DNA of 64,000 nucleotides from an uncultured Candidatus Saccharibacteria bacterium (GCA_948851665.1 CAQOWG010000003.1:12021-76020), one strand, 5' to 3'. Positions 8,443-16,932 are shown, counted from the first letter of the stretch. Notes: generated from the sequence alone by a model not told the origin. A program made the numbers and translations.

Positions 8443-9075
8443 TTAATACATTCCCTCACCCGCGATAATCCCGTCTGGGTCAAAAACCTCTGCCGGGTCC
8501 ATCTCGAGAATATCCATTACAAAACGATCTTTGACGCTCTTACGATAGAGAAAATCATCACGCGACAAAATCACATAGTCTAACGGCTTTCCCTGTTTTT
8601 GCTCCACTACCTCGGCCCAACGCGTCAATTTCTTCGTCCGATCATCCCCGATAATCAAAAGGTCAATTCCATCCTGCCCCGGCGCCCGATTCATCAGCAT
8701 CATCGCCCTCAGATATTTCGCCACCGGCTTGATGTACTCATCCCAGCTATTTGACGGCGTACGCCGCACCTGCTGGATCCGCCCTGGAGTCACCGCTCCA
8801 CGCTGCCCAAACATTTCCTGGAAAGCATGCGCATATGGATGCCGCATATTCGCCGCATAGTAAACCTTATTGTCATAAGTTTCATTCCGAATCACCCCAA
8901 TACTCTCCAAATTCGTCAACTCTCGCCGCACTGAATTGATCTGCTCTTCAATCACCCGCGTGATTTCTCGCACATAAAAAGTTTTGTTCACATTCGCAAA
9001 GAACAGCTCCAGAAGTTTTGCCCGGGTCTTTGAACCGAACAACTTTTCGTTGGAGATGTTATTTTCTTTGTTCAT
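8443..9075 (-). CDS. Winged-helix (ArsR/MarR-like) DNA-binding domain protein
   Basis: The N-terminus (KTRAKLLELFFAN..FYVREITRVIEEQINSVRRELTNLESIGVI) resembles a wHTH. The C-terminal ~110 aa are unassigned. Confidence 0.45.
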   Translation of the reverse strand: MNKENNISNEKLFGSKTRAKLLELFFANVNKTFYVREITRVIEEQINSVRRELTNLESIGVIRNETYDNKVYYAANMRHPYAHAFQEMFGQRGAVTPGRIQQVRRTPSNSWDEYIKPVAKYLRAMMLMNRAPGQDGIDLLIIGDDRTKKLTRWAEVVEQKQGKPLDYVILSRDDFLYRKSVKDRFVMDILEMDPAEVFDPDGIIAGEGMY

Positions 9076-9832
9076 TCTGAATACATTTTATCACGAAATC
9101 CCTGATTTCTTCAAGTGGCAACCAGATAATATTTTTGTTCCGTTTGAACCAAGTCATTTGTCTTTTCGCTAAATGCCAATCGTCATAAATAAACAATTCT
9201 TTTGCCCTTTCTAGGCTGTACTCCCCCTGCAAATAGCCCCACGCAAATTGGTATATATTACTTTTCATCGCCTGCGACCCCCAACCGTATCGTTCCACCA
9301 AGTTCCGCGTCTCCTCAAACAATTCCTGAACAAATAATTTATCTGCTCTCTCAGTAATCCGTTCTCTCAGCACTTCTGCATCAGTCTTTACTCCTATGGT
9401 TAAAAATTGTGAACACATTTCCGCGCGGTCACATTGGCTATTTTTCTCGTGTTCACCAAATTTATAATCATAGATCAGTGCGTCGATATAAAGCCCGGTC
9501 CCCCCTACCACCATCGGCAAATTCCCCCGCTCCCGAATTTCCCGAATTTTCTCTTCTGCGTACTCTTTCCAATCCGCCACCGTAAAACGCTCCCCCGGGT
9601 CGACTATGCCAATCCCCCAATGCGGGATATCCGCCTGCTCTTCAAGGCTCGGTGCCGCCGTTCCCAGTTCCATACCCCTGTAAATCGCCCTCGAATCCGC
9701 CGAAATTATCTCTGCCATCTGAGCAAAGTACTTCTGTGGGGCCTCACGGAGTTCCTTGGCGATCGAAATCGCCACCCCAGTTTTACCGGAAGCTGTCGGC
9801 CCCAAGATTACTATTGTCTTTTGTTCCTTCAT
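9059..9832 (-). CDS. miaA: tRNA dimethylallyltransferase
   Basis: P-loop IVILGPTASGKTGVAI, then SADSRAIYRGMELGTAAP and GGTGLYIDAL. The start is trimmed to MKEQKT (9832). TGCTAGAAT lies 8 nt upstream. Confidence 0.85.
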   Translation of the reverse strand: MKEQKTIVILGPTASGKTGVAISIAKELREAPQKYFAQMAEIISADSRAIYRGMELGTAAPSLEEQADIPHWGIGIVDPGERFTVADWKEYAEEKIREIRERGNLPMVVGGTGLYIDALIYDYKFGEHEKNSQCDRAEMCSQFLTIGVKTDAEVLRERITERADKLFVQELFEETRNLVERYGWGSQAMKSNIYQFAWGYLQGEYSLERAKELFIYDDWHLAKRQMTWFKRNKNIIWLPLEEIRDFVIKCIQNEQRK

Positions 9833-9879
9833 ATAACAATATTCTAGCACATTACAAAAATATGTGCTATAATATAAAA

Positions 9880-10041
9880 GACATTTTCGTCACTTCTTTT
9901 CTTAGCCTTATCATCTTCTCTATCCGAAGGGCATCATTCAATCCGTGCTGCACTGAAAAATCAGCAGGCCATCAAAAACCCTGACGAATCCCCGGACTGA
10001 CCCCACATCTCAAGGCTGCTCCCCCATAGCAGCCTTTTCTT
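9880..10041 (+). ncRNA. Candidate small RNA (promoter-to-terminator unit without an ORF)
   Basis: Extended -10 TGTGCTATAAT (9863-9873). About 140 nt downstream is a plus-strand-oriented terminator, AAGGCTGCT-CCCCCAT-AGCAGCCTT followed by TTTCTT (10010-10041). There is no ATG anywhere in between and no plus-strand gene downstream. Confidence 0.3.
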
Positions 10042-10045
10042 ATTC

Positions 10046-11809
10046 TCATTGTTCTTTTAGCCACTCCGCGAGCTTGTCGAGCGCCACCTTTTCTTCCCCA
10101 TCACGCGTCCGCACGCTCACCACCTTCTCGGCCGCATCTTTTGGCCCCACAATCAAAACCACTGGAATTTTCAGCTCAGTCGCCCGCTTAATCTTCTTAC
10201 CAAGGCTATCATCACTATAGTCCGTTTCATAGCGAAGAGCATTATTTGCCAGCGGCTTCTCTAATACTACTCCTTGCAATACTTTTTCCACCTCTTTAGC
10301 ATATTCTACTGCGCCGTCGTTGACCGTAATCACTCGCACTGCCTCCGGTGCACACCATAGCGGCAACCACCCTGCCGTGTGCTCAATAAATACACTCATA
10401 AAGCGTTCAATCGAACCTACTAGCGCACAGTGCACCATAATCGGCCGCTTCTTCGTGCCATCCCGATCGACGTATTCTAGCCCAAATCGCTCTGGTAAAG
10501 CATAATCTAGTTGCACTGTCGCCAGTTGCCATTCCCGCCCCATCGCATCCGTCGCCATGAAATCCATCTTCGGACCATACATCGCCGCCTCCCCCTCTGC
10601 CACAAAATAATCCATCTTGAACTTATCTGCCATTCGTTGAATCGAGCTCTGTGCCTTCTCCCACATCTCAGCATTGCCGATGTAACCATCGCCATCGTCT
10701 CGGAAGCTCAAGCGTAATCGCAATTTCATATCTACGACTTTATAAAGATCCCGCGCCGCCTCAATTAGCTCACCGAACACTTGTTCCACCTGGCCCTCAG
10801 TACAAAAGATATGCGAATCATCCTGCGTGATTGCCCGCACCCGCGAAAGCCCACCCAGTTCCCCCTTGCGCTCGTCCCGATAAACCATCGTACTTTCTAG
10901 ATACTTAATCGGCAACTCCTTATAACTCCGCGGCACACTAGCAAAAATCTGCGAATGGTGCGGACAGCTCACTGGCTTAATAGCCAAATGGTCGCCACTT
11001 TCCATGCTTGTAAACTGAAACATCTCTGGAAACTTCTCGTAATGCCCCGAAGTCTTATAGAGGTCAATATTCGCAATATGCGGGATAGTCACCTTCTTGT
11101 AGCCACAGCGCAAACGATAGCCCTGCGTCAGCTCATTCAACTTATCTCGAAGCATCGTACCCCGAGGCGTAAAAAGCGGCAAGCCGCTCCCCACTAACTC
11201 CGAATAGCAGAACAAATCCAGCTCTTTCCCCAGCTTCCGGTGGTCGCGCGCCTTGGCCTCTTCCTGTCGCTTCAAATATTCCTCTAGCTCCTTTTCCGTC
11301 TCAAACGCCACCCCATAAATCCGCGTCAACATCTCGCGCTTCTCGTCGCCACGCCAATACGCCCCCGCTACTCGCGACAGTTTAAACGCACCGATTTCTT
11401 TCAAATCCTCCACGTGTGGCCCCTTGCAAAGGTCCGTAAAGATCACCGTGCCATCCGGCGCCACCATATCATAGAACGTAATCGTTTCCCCATCCGCGAG
11501 TTCCGCAATCAGTTCCGTTTTCAGTCGCTGACCGTTTTCTTTCGCCCAGGAAAGCGCCTCGTCGCGCGTCGCCTCACGCTCTTGCATCTTCGCTCCCCGC
11601 GCGATAATTCCCCGCATTTTCTTCTCAATTTTTGGAAGATCCGCATCTGACACTTTCTCACCCCCGAAGTCAATGTCATAGTAGAACCCATTTTCGATTG
11701 CTGGCCCAATCCCAAAAGTTGTTGTCGGATAAAGCTCCTGCACCGCAGCCGCAAGCACGTGACTGAGGCTATGACGCATTTTTTCTACTTGATTGATTTG
11801 TTCGCACAT
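10046..11809 (-). CDS. thrS: Threonyl-tRNA synthetase (no N-terminal TGS domain)
   Basis: 587 aa with the class II core and anticodon-binding domain. It begins at the HSLSHVLA 'second additional domain' motif. TGGTATAAT promoter plus an SD leader. Confidence 0.9.
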   Translation of the reverse strand: MCEQINQVEKMRHSLSHVLAAAVQELYPTTTFGIGPAIENGFYYDIDFGGEKVSDADLPKIEKKMRGIIARGAKMQEREATRDEALSWAKENGQRLKTELIAELADGETITFYDMVAPDGTVIFTDLCKGPHVEDLKEIGAFKLSRVAGAYWRGDEKREMLTRIYGVAFETEKELEEYLKRQEEAKARDHRKLGKELDLFCYSELVGSGLPLFTPRGTMLRDKLNELTQGYRLRCGYKKVTIPHIANIDLYKTSGHYEKFPEMFQFTSMESGDHLAIKPVSCPHHSQIFASVPRSYKELPIKYLESTMVYRDERKGELGGLSRVRAITQDDSHIFCTEGQVEQVFGELIEAARDLYKVVDMKLRLRLSFRDDGDGYIGNAEMWEKAQSSIQRMADKFKMDYFVAEGEAAMYGPKMDFMATDAMGREWQLATVQLDYALPERFGLEYVDRDGTKKRPIMVHCALVGSIERFMSVFIEHTAGWLPLWCAPEAVRVITVNDGAVEYAKEVEKVLQGVVLEKPLANNALRYETDYSDDSLGKKIKRATELKIPVVLIVGPKDAAEKVVSVRTRDGEEKVALDKLAEWLKEQ

Positions 11810-11860
11810 AGCTTTATCCTTTCTTTATCTTTACATTATACCATAAAACTTTGCCCCACG

Positions 11861-11888
11861 GAAAAACCCGCCAACCGGCGGGCTTTTC
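11861..11888. terminator. Bidirectional terminator after the NUDIX gene
   Basis: AAAAACCCGCC-AACC-GGCGGGCTTTT. Confidence 0.7.
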
Positions 11889-11901
11889 TGAGCCACTAAA
11901 A

Positions 11902-12375
11902 CTATTTAGTCCGCACCTGTTCCCAAATATACTGATGCGCTTTCTGGGTCAACTTCTCTGCTAATTCCTCAGCCGGAATCCACATCACTTCAGCAATCTC
12001 ATCTTCCTCAGCCGAGCGCTCTTCCCGTTGTAAGCTTAACAACTTGCCGCACACCGTATGAATCGTAATGTGTCGATTCACATCCTTATGTGCCGCATAA
12101 AAATTATCGTAGCAAACCTCAGGCAGTTCAACTAGCCCTCCAAAATCGTCATACCCCGTCTCCTCAACTACCTCGCGCTTCGCTGCTTCAACCGGGCTTT
12201 CTTCCCCCTCAATCCCACCCATCACAAAATCAATCTAACCAAATTTTCGGTTCTGTACGCAAAGATACTTCTCCTCCGTCGGGTGTTTAATTGCCACCAC
12301 GACCACACTTCGCTCCGTCATCGGCCTGTCCTCACGTATCGCCGAATCTCCTTCTCCAAAAAATTCTTTCGCCAT
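11902..12375 (-). pseudogene. NUDIX hydrolase interrupted by a single in-frame TAG (12237-12235)
   Basis: The track ORF (11902-12225) holds the NUDIX box GGIEGEESPVEAAKREVVEETGY. The same frame continues upstream through TAG to an ATG at 12375 (MAKEFFGEGDSAIREDRPMTERSVVVVAIKHPTEEKYLCVQNRKFG*IDFVMGG...). That ATG sits 1 nt after the stop of the upstream gene. Confidence 0.7.
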
Positions 12376-12376
12376 T

Positions 12377-12964
12377 TTACCTCGCTTTACTTTTCTTTAG
12401 TATACCATATAATTCCCTCACGTACCCCACCACTGCCGCCAAAAACACAATCCCCTCTGACACAATCCCCGCTACCGACATAACAAATCCGTTATAAAGC
12501 ATCCAACATAGCGCCACCGGTATGCCAAGAAACTTATACATCCGTGTACTGTTTTGCCAAATCGAGATCTCATATAACACCGTCGCCGCCACCGACAACA
12601 AGCTAAGCGGCCCATCATACGTCCAAACCGCCAGTCCCGCAATCACTACCAGTACCACCAAAAGCGCCACATAATCCCTAATCTGGTGTCCATGTATCAT
12701 CTTCGGCTTTCTACGCCGCCTTTTCTCTTTCTGCTCACGCCGCTCATCCCAAATATAATAAAAATTTGCCAGCAAAATCACCACCGACATCGCCAGTCCT
12801 AAATCCGCCCCCAACAAAATATAAGCCAAAATTCCCGCCGCCATCGAAAGCGTATCCAGAATCACAACCACTTTCCGCTTCTTCGCAAAATACGTCGCAC
12901 CTAGCAATCCATATTCCACCACTGTCAAAATCTGCGACCAAATATACGTTAGCGTAATTTCCAT
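12377..12964 (-). CDS. Multi-pass membrane protein (YgjV-like?)
   Basis: 195 aa with ~6 hydrophobic helices split by a basic loop (REQKEKRRRRKPK). The family assignment is tentative. Confidence 0.5.
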   Translation of the reverse strand: MEITLTYIWSQILTVVEYGLLGATYFAKKRKVVVILDTLSMAAGILAYILLGADLGLAMSVVILLANFYYIWDERREQKEKRRRRKPKMIHGHQIRDYVALLVVLVVIAGLAVWTYDGPLSLLSVAATVLYEISIWQNSTRMYKFLGIPVALCWMLYNGFVMSVAGIVSEGIVFLAAVVGYVRELYGILKKSKAR

Positions 12965-13059
12965 AACTTTATTATACCGCCAAATTATCCCATTCTGCCA
13001 AAACTATGCTATAATACATATCAGTCCAAACCACTGACCTTAGTGGCTATTAAAAATTT

Positions 13060-13136
13060 GGGTCGCTAACTCAGTTGGCTAGAGTGTCTCGTTTACACCG
13101 AGGAAGTCGGGGGTTCGAATCCCTCGCGACCCACCA
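13060..13136 (+). tRNA. tRNA-Val (anticodon TAC), CCA encoded
   Basis: Hand-folded cloverleaf: acceptor GGGTCGC/GCGACCC, anticodon loop TTTACAC, T-loop TTCGAAT. Confidence 0.9.
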
Positions 13137-13137
13137 T

Positions 13138-13176
13138 AGAAATAGTCTGTGCTTTTGCACGGACTATTTCTATTCT
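13138..13176 (+). terminator. Terminator hairpin directly abutting the tRNA-Val CCA
   Basis: AGAAATAGTC(T)GTGC-TTTT-GCAC(G)GACTATTTCT, followed by ATTCT. Confidence 0.65.
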
Positions 13177-13327
13177 GAAGCCAAGCAAGGGAGCGAACCC
13201 GAAGCGAAGCTGGGTTCGCAACGCAGGAGTGGCCGTAGGACAAAAAGCGAATTTATTTGTTTTTTGGACGCTACGACTGCGGGTGGAAGATTGCGTAGCA
13301 ATCTTCCGCTTCCCTCGCGACCAGCTC

Positions 13328-13633
13328 CTACCCCTCGTCCATCAATGAAATTATCTGTGCGCCATATTTCTCAAAATCAGCTTTCACATCTGGACGATCA
13401 AGCCAATCAAAATCCGTCGTATGTGCCACATAGCCAACCCTTTTACGAATTGACCGCCCCGTCGGCTTACGCCCCTCTGTCGTCCCCTGGCCCTTCGTAT
13501 ACACATACTCCTCAAGCACCAAAACATCGCCCAGCTCGCATTCAAAATCGTTCACCCGATACTCAAACGTCTTCTCTCCAGACAGAACTGCCTCGAAATA
13601 TTCGGGACTAATCTTTTTATGAATTTCACGCAT
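13328..13633 (-). CDS. DUF3850 / ASCH-like small RNA-binding-fold protein
   Basis: 101 aa. KKISPEYFEAVLSGEKTFEYRVNDFECELGDVLVLEEY matches the DUF3850 (ASCH superfamily) pattern. Confidence 0.65.
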   Translation of the reverse strand: MREIHKKISPEYFEAVLSGEKTFEYRVNDFECELGDVLVLEEYVYTKGQGTTEGRKPTGRSIRKRVGYVAHTTDFDWLDRPDVKADFEKYGAQIISLMDEG

Positions 13634-13746
13634 ATTTTCTCCTTACTTTATATTTTACCATTTCTAAGAACTGGTTCCACGCCAAAGCAAAAACCCGACA
13701 AGCTGCCGGGTATAATTTTTGCTAAAAACAAAGAGCGATGCGTACA

Positions 13747-14220
13747 TTAAGGACGATATTGGCGCGACCAAATGTACGCCGGATAATCCACCAAATAGTC
13801 ATGGAGACCTTTAATTCTCAGTAAGTCCTGAATATTTACTGCCATCCGCGCGTTTAAAAAGGCTTTCTCCTCTACCCACGCACGCAACATAGCCGTAATT
13901 ATCTCCAGTTCTTTCTGATAGTCTTCCCTCCCATCCATCTGGAATGTGGCCATCATCTCGTAGGCAGACTCTTTCTCGTCTCCCTCACTACCGTAACGCA
14001 TTACGCATATCACCGAGATACCTTCTCCCCAATCGACGTCGTCCCAGTTCACTTCCCGGTCCGCCGCCATCAAGTAAAAAATCTCGTTAGTGCCACCCGA
14101 TGCAACCGCTATCTCCGCCACCCAATCACCATGAAGGTTGGCAAGCAGATTTTCAATAGCGTCAATGGTCTCCGGATATAGACTATGGCCTTTTGCGTTC
14201 TTCTTCTCGTCTTTCCACAT
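13747..14220 (-). CDS. Hypothetical acidic protein
   Basis: 157-aa ORF with a strong SD (TAAGGAGG) 8 nt upstream, a TTGACT-17-TAATAT promoter and a terminator at about 13694-13716. No recognisable family. Confidence 0.6.
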   Translation of the reverse strand: MWKDEKKNAKGHSLYPETIDAIENLLANLHGDWVAEIAVASGGTNEIFYLMAADREVNWDDVDWGEGISVICVMRYGSEGDEKESAYEMMATFQMDGREDYQKELEIITAMLRAWVEEKAFLNARMAVNIQDLLRIKGLHDYLVDYPAYIWSRQYRP

Positions 14221-14383
14221 ACAAAAACCTCCTTAAGATTCTTTCTCTAGCCGTCAAAATCTTGACCTACTGCTAGGAATACCTTTATATTATCACACTT
14301 AGTAGAAAAAGTCAATGCTTTTTTGCTACTAATCTCTTTTCTGTCAAGCATTTTTGTACCCAAATCAGCACCCCCAATTACAA

Positions 14384-14608
14384 CGCAGCGCAAAGCAAAG
14401 CCGCCGCCACGCAAATTATTATCCTGGGGGTGAACATAGCCGGTCCACGTATCCAGGCGGCGCCCGTTGATAGCTGATCCAGCCGTGCCAGACCACCAAA
14501 GGCCATTCGTCGTACGAGCGATGAGGTAGCCGTAGGAACGGTGGTAGAAGCCAGTACGCAGGAACTGGAGAGGCCATTCATTAATACGGTTGTAGTTGGG
14601 GGTGCTGG
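14384..14608 (-). repeat. Lectin-like C-terminal cassette, copy A
   Basis: Head CCAGCACCCCCAACTACAACCGTATTAATGAATGGCCTCTCCAGTTCCTGCGTACTGG, tail GGCTTTGCTTTGCGCTGCG. The open frame reads PNYNRINEWPLQFLRTGFYHRSYGYLIARTTNGLWWSGTAGSAINGRRLDTWTGYVHPQDNNLRGGGFALRCV. An in-frame TAA lies 6 codons upstream and there is no start codon. Confidence 0.9.
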
Positions 14609-14736
14609 AAAAGTCCGGTTAAACGCCGACATTAATAAAACGCCCAACTTCTCCCCTATTCCCCCTTGTATTTTTTCTTATAATGCGCTATAATTACCCT
14701 CAGATGTTAAATATTATCTAATAATAAGGAATTTTC

Positions 14737-15090
14737 ATGCCGATTATCAAATCCGCAAAAAAAGCCGCTCGCCAAGCCGTCAAACGCACTGAGCACAATC
14801 AAGAAATCAAAAAGAGCATCAAAACCGCCGTCAAGGCTTTCAAAGCCGATCCTACCCCTGCTAACCTTTCCAAAGCTCAGTCCGAATATGACAAAGCCGT
14901 CAAAAAAGGCCTTTTAAAGGCTAATACCGTCAGCCGCCGCAAAGCCGCTTTGGCTAAGTTCGCCAAGGCTACCGCCGACAAACCAGCTGCCGCAAAAGCC
15001 AGCAAACCTGCCACCAAGGCTACCAAAACCACCAAAACTGCTACCAAAAAACCAGCCGCCAAGAAAACTACCGCCAAAAAATCCGCCTAA
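14737..15090 (+). CDS. rpsT: 30S ribosomal protein S20 with a Lys/Ala-rich C-terminal extension
   Basis: MPIIKSAKKAARQAVKRTEHNQEIKKSIKTAVKAF..., followed by a ~35-aa tail (AAKASKPATKATKTTKTATKKPAAKKTTAKKSA). TTGTAT...TATAAT promoter. Confidence 0.9.
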   Translation: MPIIKSAKKAARQAVKRTEHNQEIKKSIKTAVKAFKADPTPANLSKAQSEYDKAVKKGLLKANTVSRRKAALAKFAKATADKPAAAKASKPATKATKTTKTATKKPAAKKTTAKKSA

Positions 15091-15319
15091 CCCCGCCAAA
15101 GCATCAGCAAAAGAGTTTTGGACACAAATACTTGTTTAACAAGTAGCAACAGCCTCTTAACGTCATAATAAGACTTAGGCTCGGGTAAATTGTATACTGA
15201 TAAGCACACCTAGCTTTCTAATGGCATAATGAGATTTAGACCAGATTTACGTTTGTCAAATATACAACACATTTACGTGTTGTATATTTTATCAATAGGC
15301 AAGTGCTGCTATTAGAAAG

Positions 15320-15955
15320 CTAGGTGCGTTTATCGGCAATGTGACTTATATGTGCCAAAAGCCCTTTTACCAACGTCCACGGTTCCACCCCTGTCGATTT
15401 CATCTGTCGGTCTACTTCTGCCATCCGTTTCAGAATTGCCCGCTCTCGCTCCCCGCCACGCGAAAGCTCATATTTCTTCACCATCTGTGACACTAGCAAC
15501 CCAAAAAACATATATGGATCCTGCGTCGCCTCAATCTTTGCCACCTCTTTCAGGGCTTTCCCCCCATCCCGCAAGGCCAAATCCAAAATCCCAAACGCCA
15601 CCCTCGGATCCACTTCTGTCACATTCTTGAACTCTTTGAAGTCCACGCCCTTTTCCGCCAAACGTTTATATCCAGTCGACCTCTTATCAACCTTCACTTC
15701 CCAAATCACCACTTCATGCGCACTGTCAGCATAATCACCGATTTTTTCCCAAATTTCCGCCCGCTCCGTCAAGTTCTTCAGTAAAATCCGCCGCTTTCCG
15801 TCTTCAAAAGCCCCAAACAACGTCGTCCCTTGAAAAATGCTCGGCAGGTCCATCAAGTTCAGAGTCTCCCCCTCATACACCTCGTAATCCGTTCCTAGCA
15901 CTCGGCGCATTTCTTGCTCCGCCGCCGCCCGATTCTCTCCGTAAATCACCTTCAT
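15320..15955 (-). CDS. holA: DNA polymerase III delta subunit-like protein (short)
   Basis: The start is trimmed to MKVIYGEN (15955), which forms an ATGA overlap with the mutM stop. The overall pattern is HolA-like, but similarity is judged by eye only. Confidence 0.5.
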   Translation of the reverse strand: MKVIYGENRAAAEQEMRRVLGTDYEVYEGETLNLMDLPSIFQGTTLFGAFEDGKRRILLKNLTERAEIWEKIGDYADSAHEVVIWEVKVDKRSTGYKRLAEKGVDFKEFKNVTEVDPRVAFGILDLALRDGGKALKEVAKIEATQDPYMFFGLLVSQMVKKYELSRGGERERAILKRMAEVDRQMKSTGVEPWTLVKGLLAHISHIADKRT

Positions 15956-16893
15956 TCGCACACTTCCGGCATCAATTTCTCTACATAGCCCACCTGTGCC
16001 CGTCGGGAGGAAATCGAACTTGTCTCCTCCCAATCCTCCGGCGCTGGCTGGCACTTCGGGCAATAATGCGTCCCTCGCCCCGTCACTCGTGTTTTCAAAA
16101 TCGTCTCACCACAACGATTACAAGCCTTCCCCTCTCTGCGAAACACTTCCGCAAAGTTCTCCAAGTAATTCCCAGTCGTGCCATCTGGCTTAATATAGGT
16201 CGCCATCGTCGACCCACCAGAGTCAATCGAACGCTCCATCGTCTCTCGCGCCCCCAAAAGCAACCTTGATACTTGCTTTTCGCTCAAATTCCCTGCTTTC
16301 TCCGCTGGATGCACACCCGCATAAAAAAGCGATTCATCTGCATAAATATTTCCCAGCCCCGCAATAATTTTTTGGTCTAAAAGTACCGCCTTAATCGGTG
16401 CCTTTGCATGCCTCTGACATTTTTCATATAGCTCATGAGCATCCATCTCCCACGGCTCTGGCGCCAGCGCTGCAATAAAGGAATCCTCTTCTACCGCCTC
16501 TGTTCTGAGTATCTTCACAAAACCAAACTTTCGCTGGTCATTAAAGAACAATTTCCCCTCATCGAACACAAAAATTACTCGAGTCTGCCCATTCGGCAAA
16601 TCCGCTATAAAATTATTACTCGGATGCCCACCTGCAAAAGTCTCCCCATCATCTGGTCGCCAGATTAACTGCCCCGTCATCCTTAGATGTACCATCAAAG
16701 TCCACCCGTTATCAAGGTCAATCAAAAGTGCCTTCCCTCGACGCCTCAAACCTTTAACCATGGCATCCTTCGCTACCCCTGGATTACCTTGACAACTTTT
16801 CTCAGTCAACACAATCAACTCGCGGATCCGCCGTCCCTCAATACACGGCACCAACCCCCGCTTAATCGTCTCAACCTCTGGTAACTCTGGCAT
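15952..16893 (-). CDS. mutM: Formamidopyrimidine-DNA glycosylase
   Basis: N-terminal MPELPEVETIKRGL, an H2TH region, and a C-terminal zinc finger CNRCG...HYCPKCQ. Confidence 0.9.
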   Translation of the reverse strand: MPELPEVETIKRGLVPCIEGRRIRELIVLTEKSCQGNPGVAKDAMVKGLRRRGKALLIDLDNGWTLMVHLRMTGQLIWRPDDGETFAGGHPSNNFIADLPNGQTRVIFVFDEGKLFFNDQRKFGFVKILRTEAVEEDSFIAALAPEPWEMDAHELYEKCQRHAKAPIKAVLLDQKIIAGLGNIYADESLFYAGVHPAEKAGNLSEKQVSRLLLGARETMERSIDSGGSTMATYIKPDGTTGNYLENFAEVFRREGKACNRCGETILKTRVTGRGTHYCPKCQPAPEDWEETSSISSRRAQVGYVEKLMPEVCE

Positions 16894-16932
16894 AATACCC
16901 CCATTATATCACTTTCCTGCTATAATTATCTC

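Noticed and set aside
9880-10041. Calling the candidate sRNA the SRP (4.5S) RNA
   Set aside because: It contains a GAAA loop and an AGCAG element. However, I could not build the conserved helix-8 symmetric and asymmetric loops or a long terminal helix, so the identity is left open.
12235-12237. TAG reassigned as a sense codon (alternative genetic code)
   Set aside because: TAG terminates several well-conserved genes at their expected C-termini in this same window (pilB, pnp, truB, 3602-4258). TGA and TAA are likewise used as stops.
14378-14647. Track ORFs running through the cassettes in the other same-strand frame: 14378-14647, 20314-20535, 24400-24609, 30274-30456 and 62948-63223 (...PAPPTTTVLMNGLSSSCVLATTTVPTATS...). 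Also the opposite-strand ORF 29613-29930.
   Set aside because: Their start codons lie at non-homologous positions in the unique flanks. Their stops fall at different places inside the repeat. The peptides are low-complexity T/A/P strings with no family resemblance. The lectin-like frame is the only one open in all nine copies and the only one conserving W, G, F, R and C positions.
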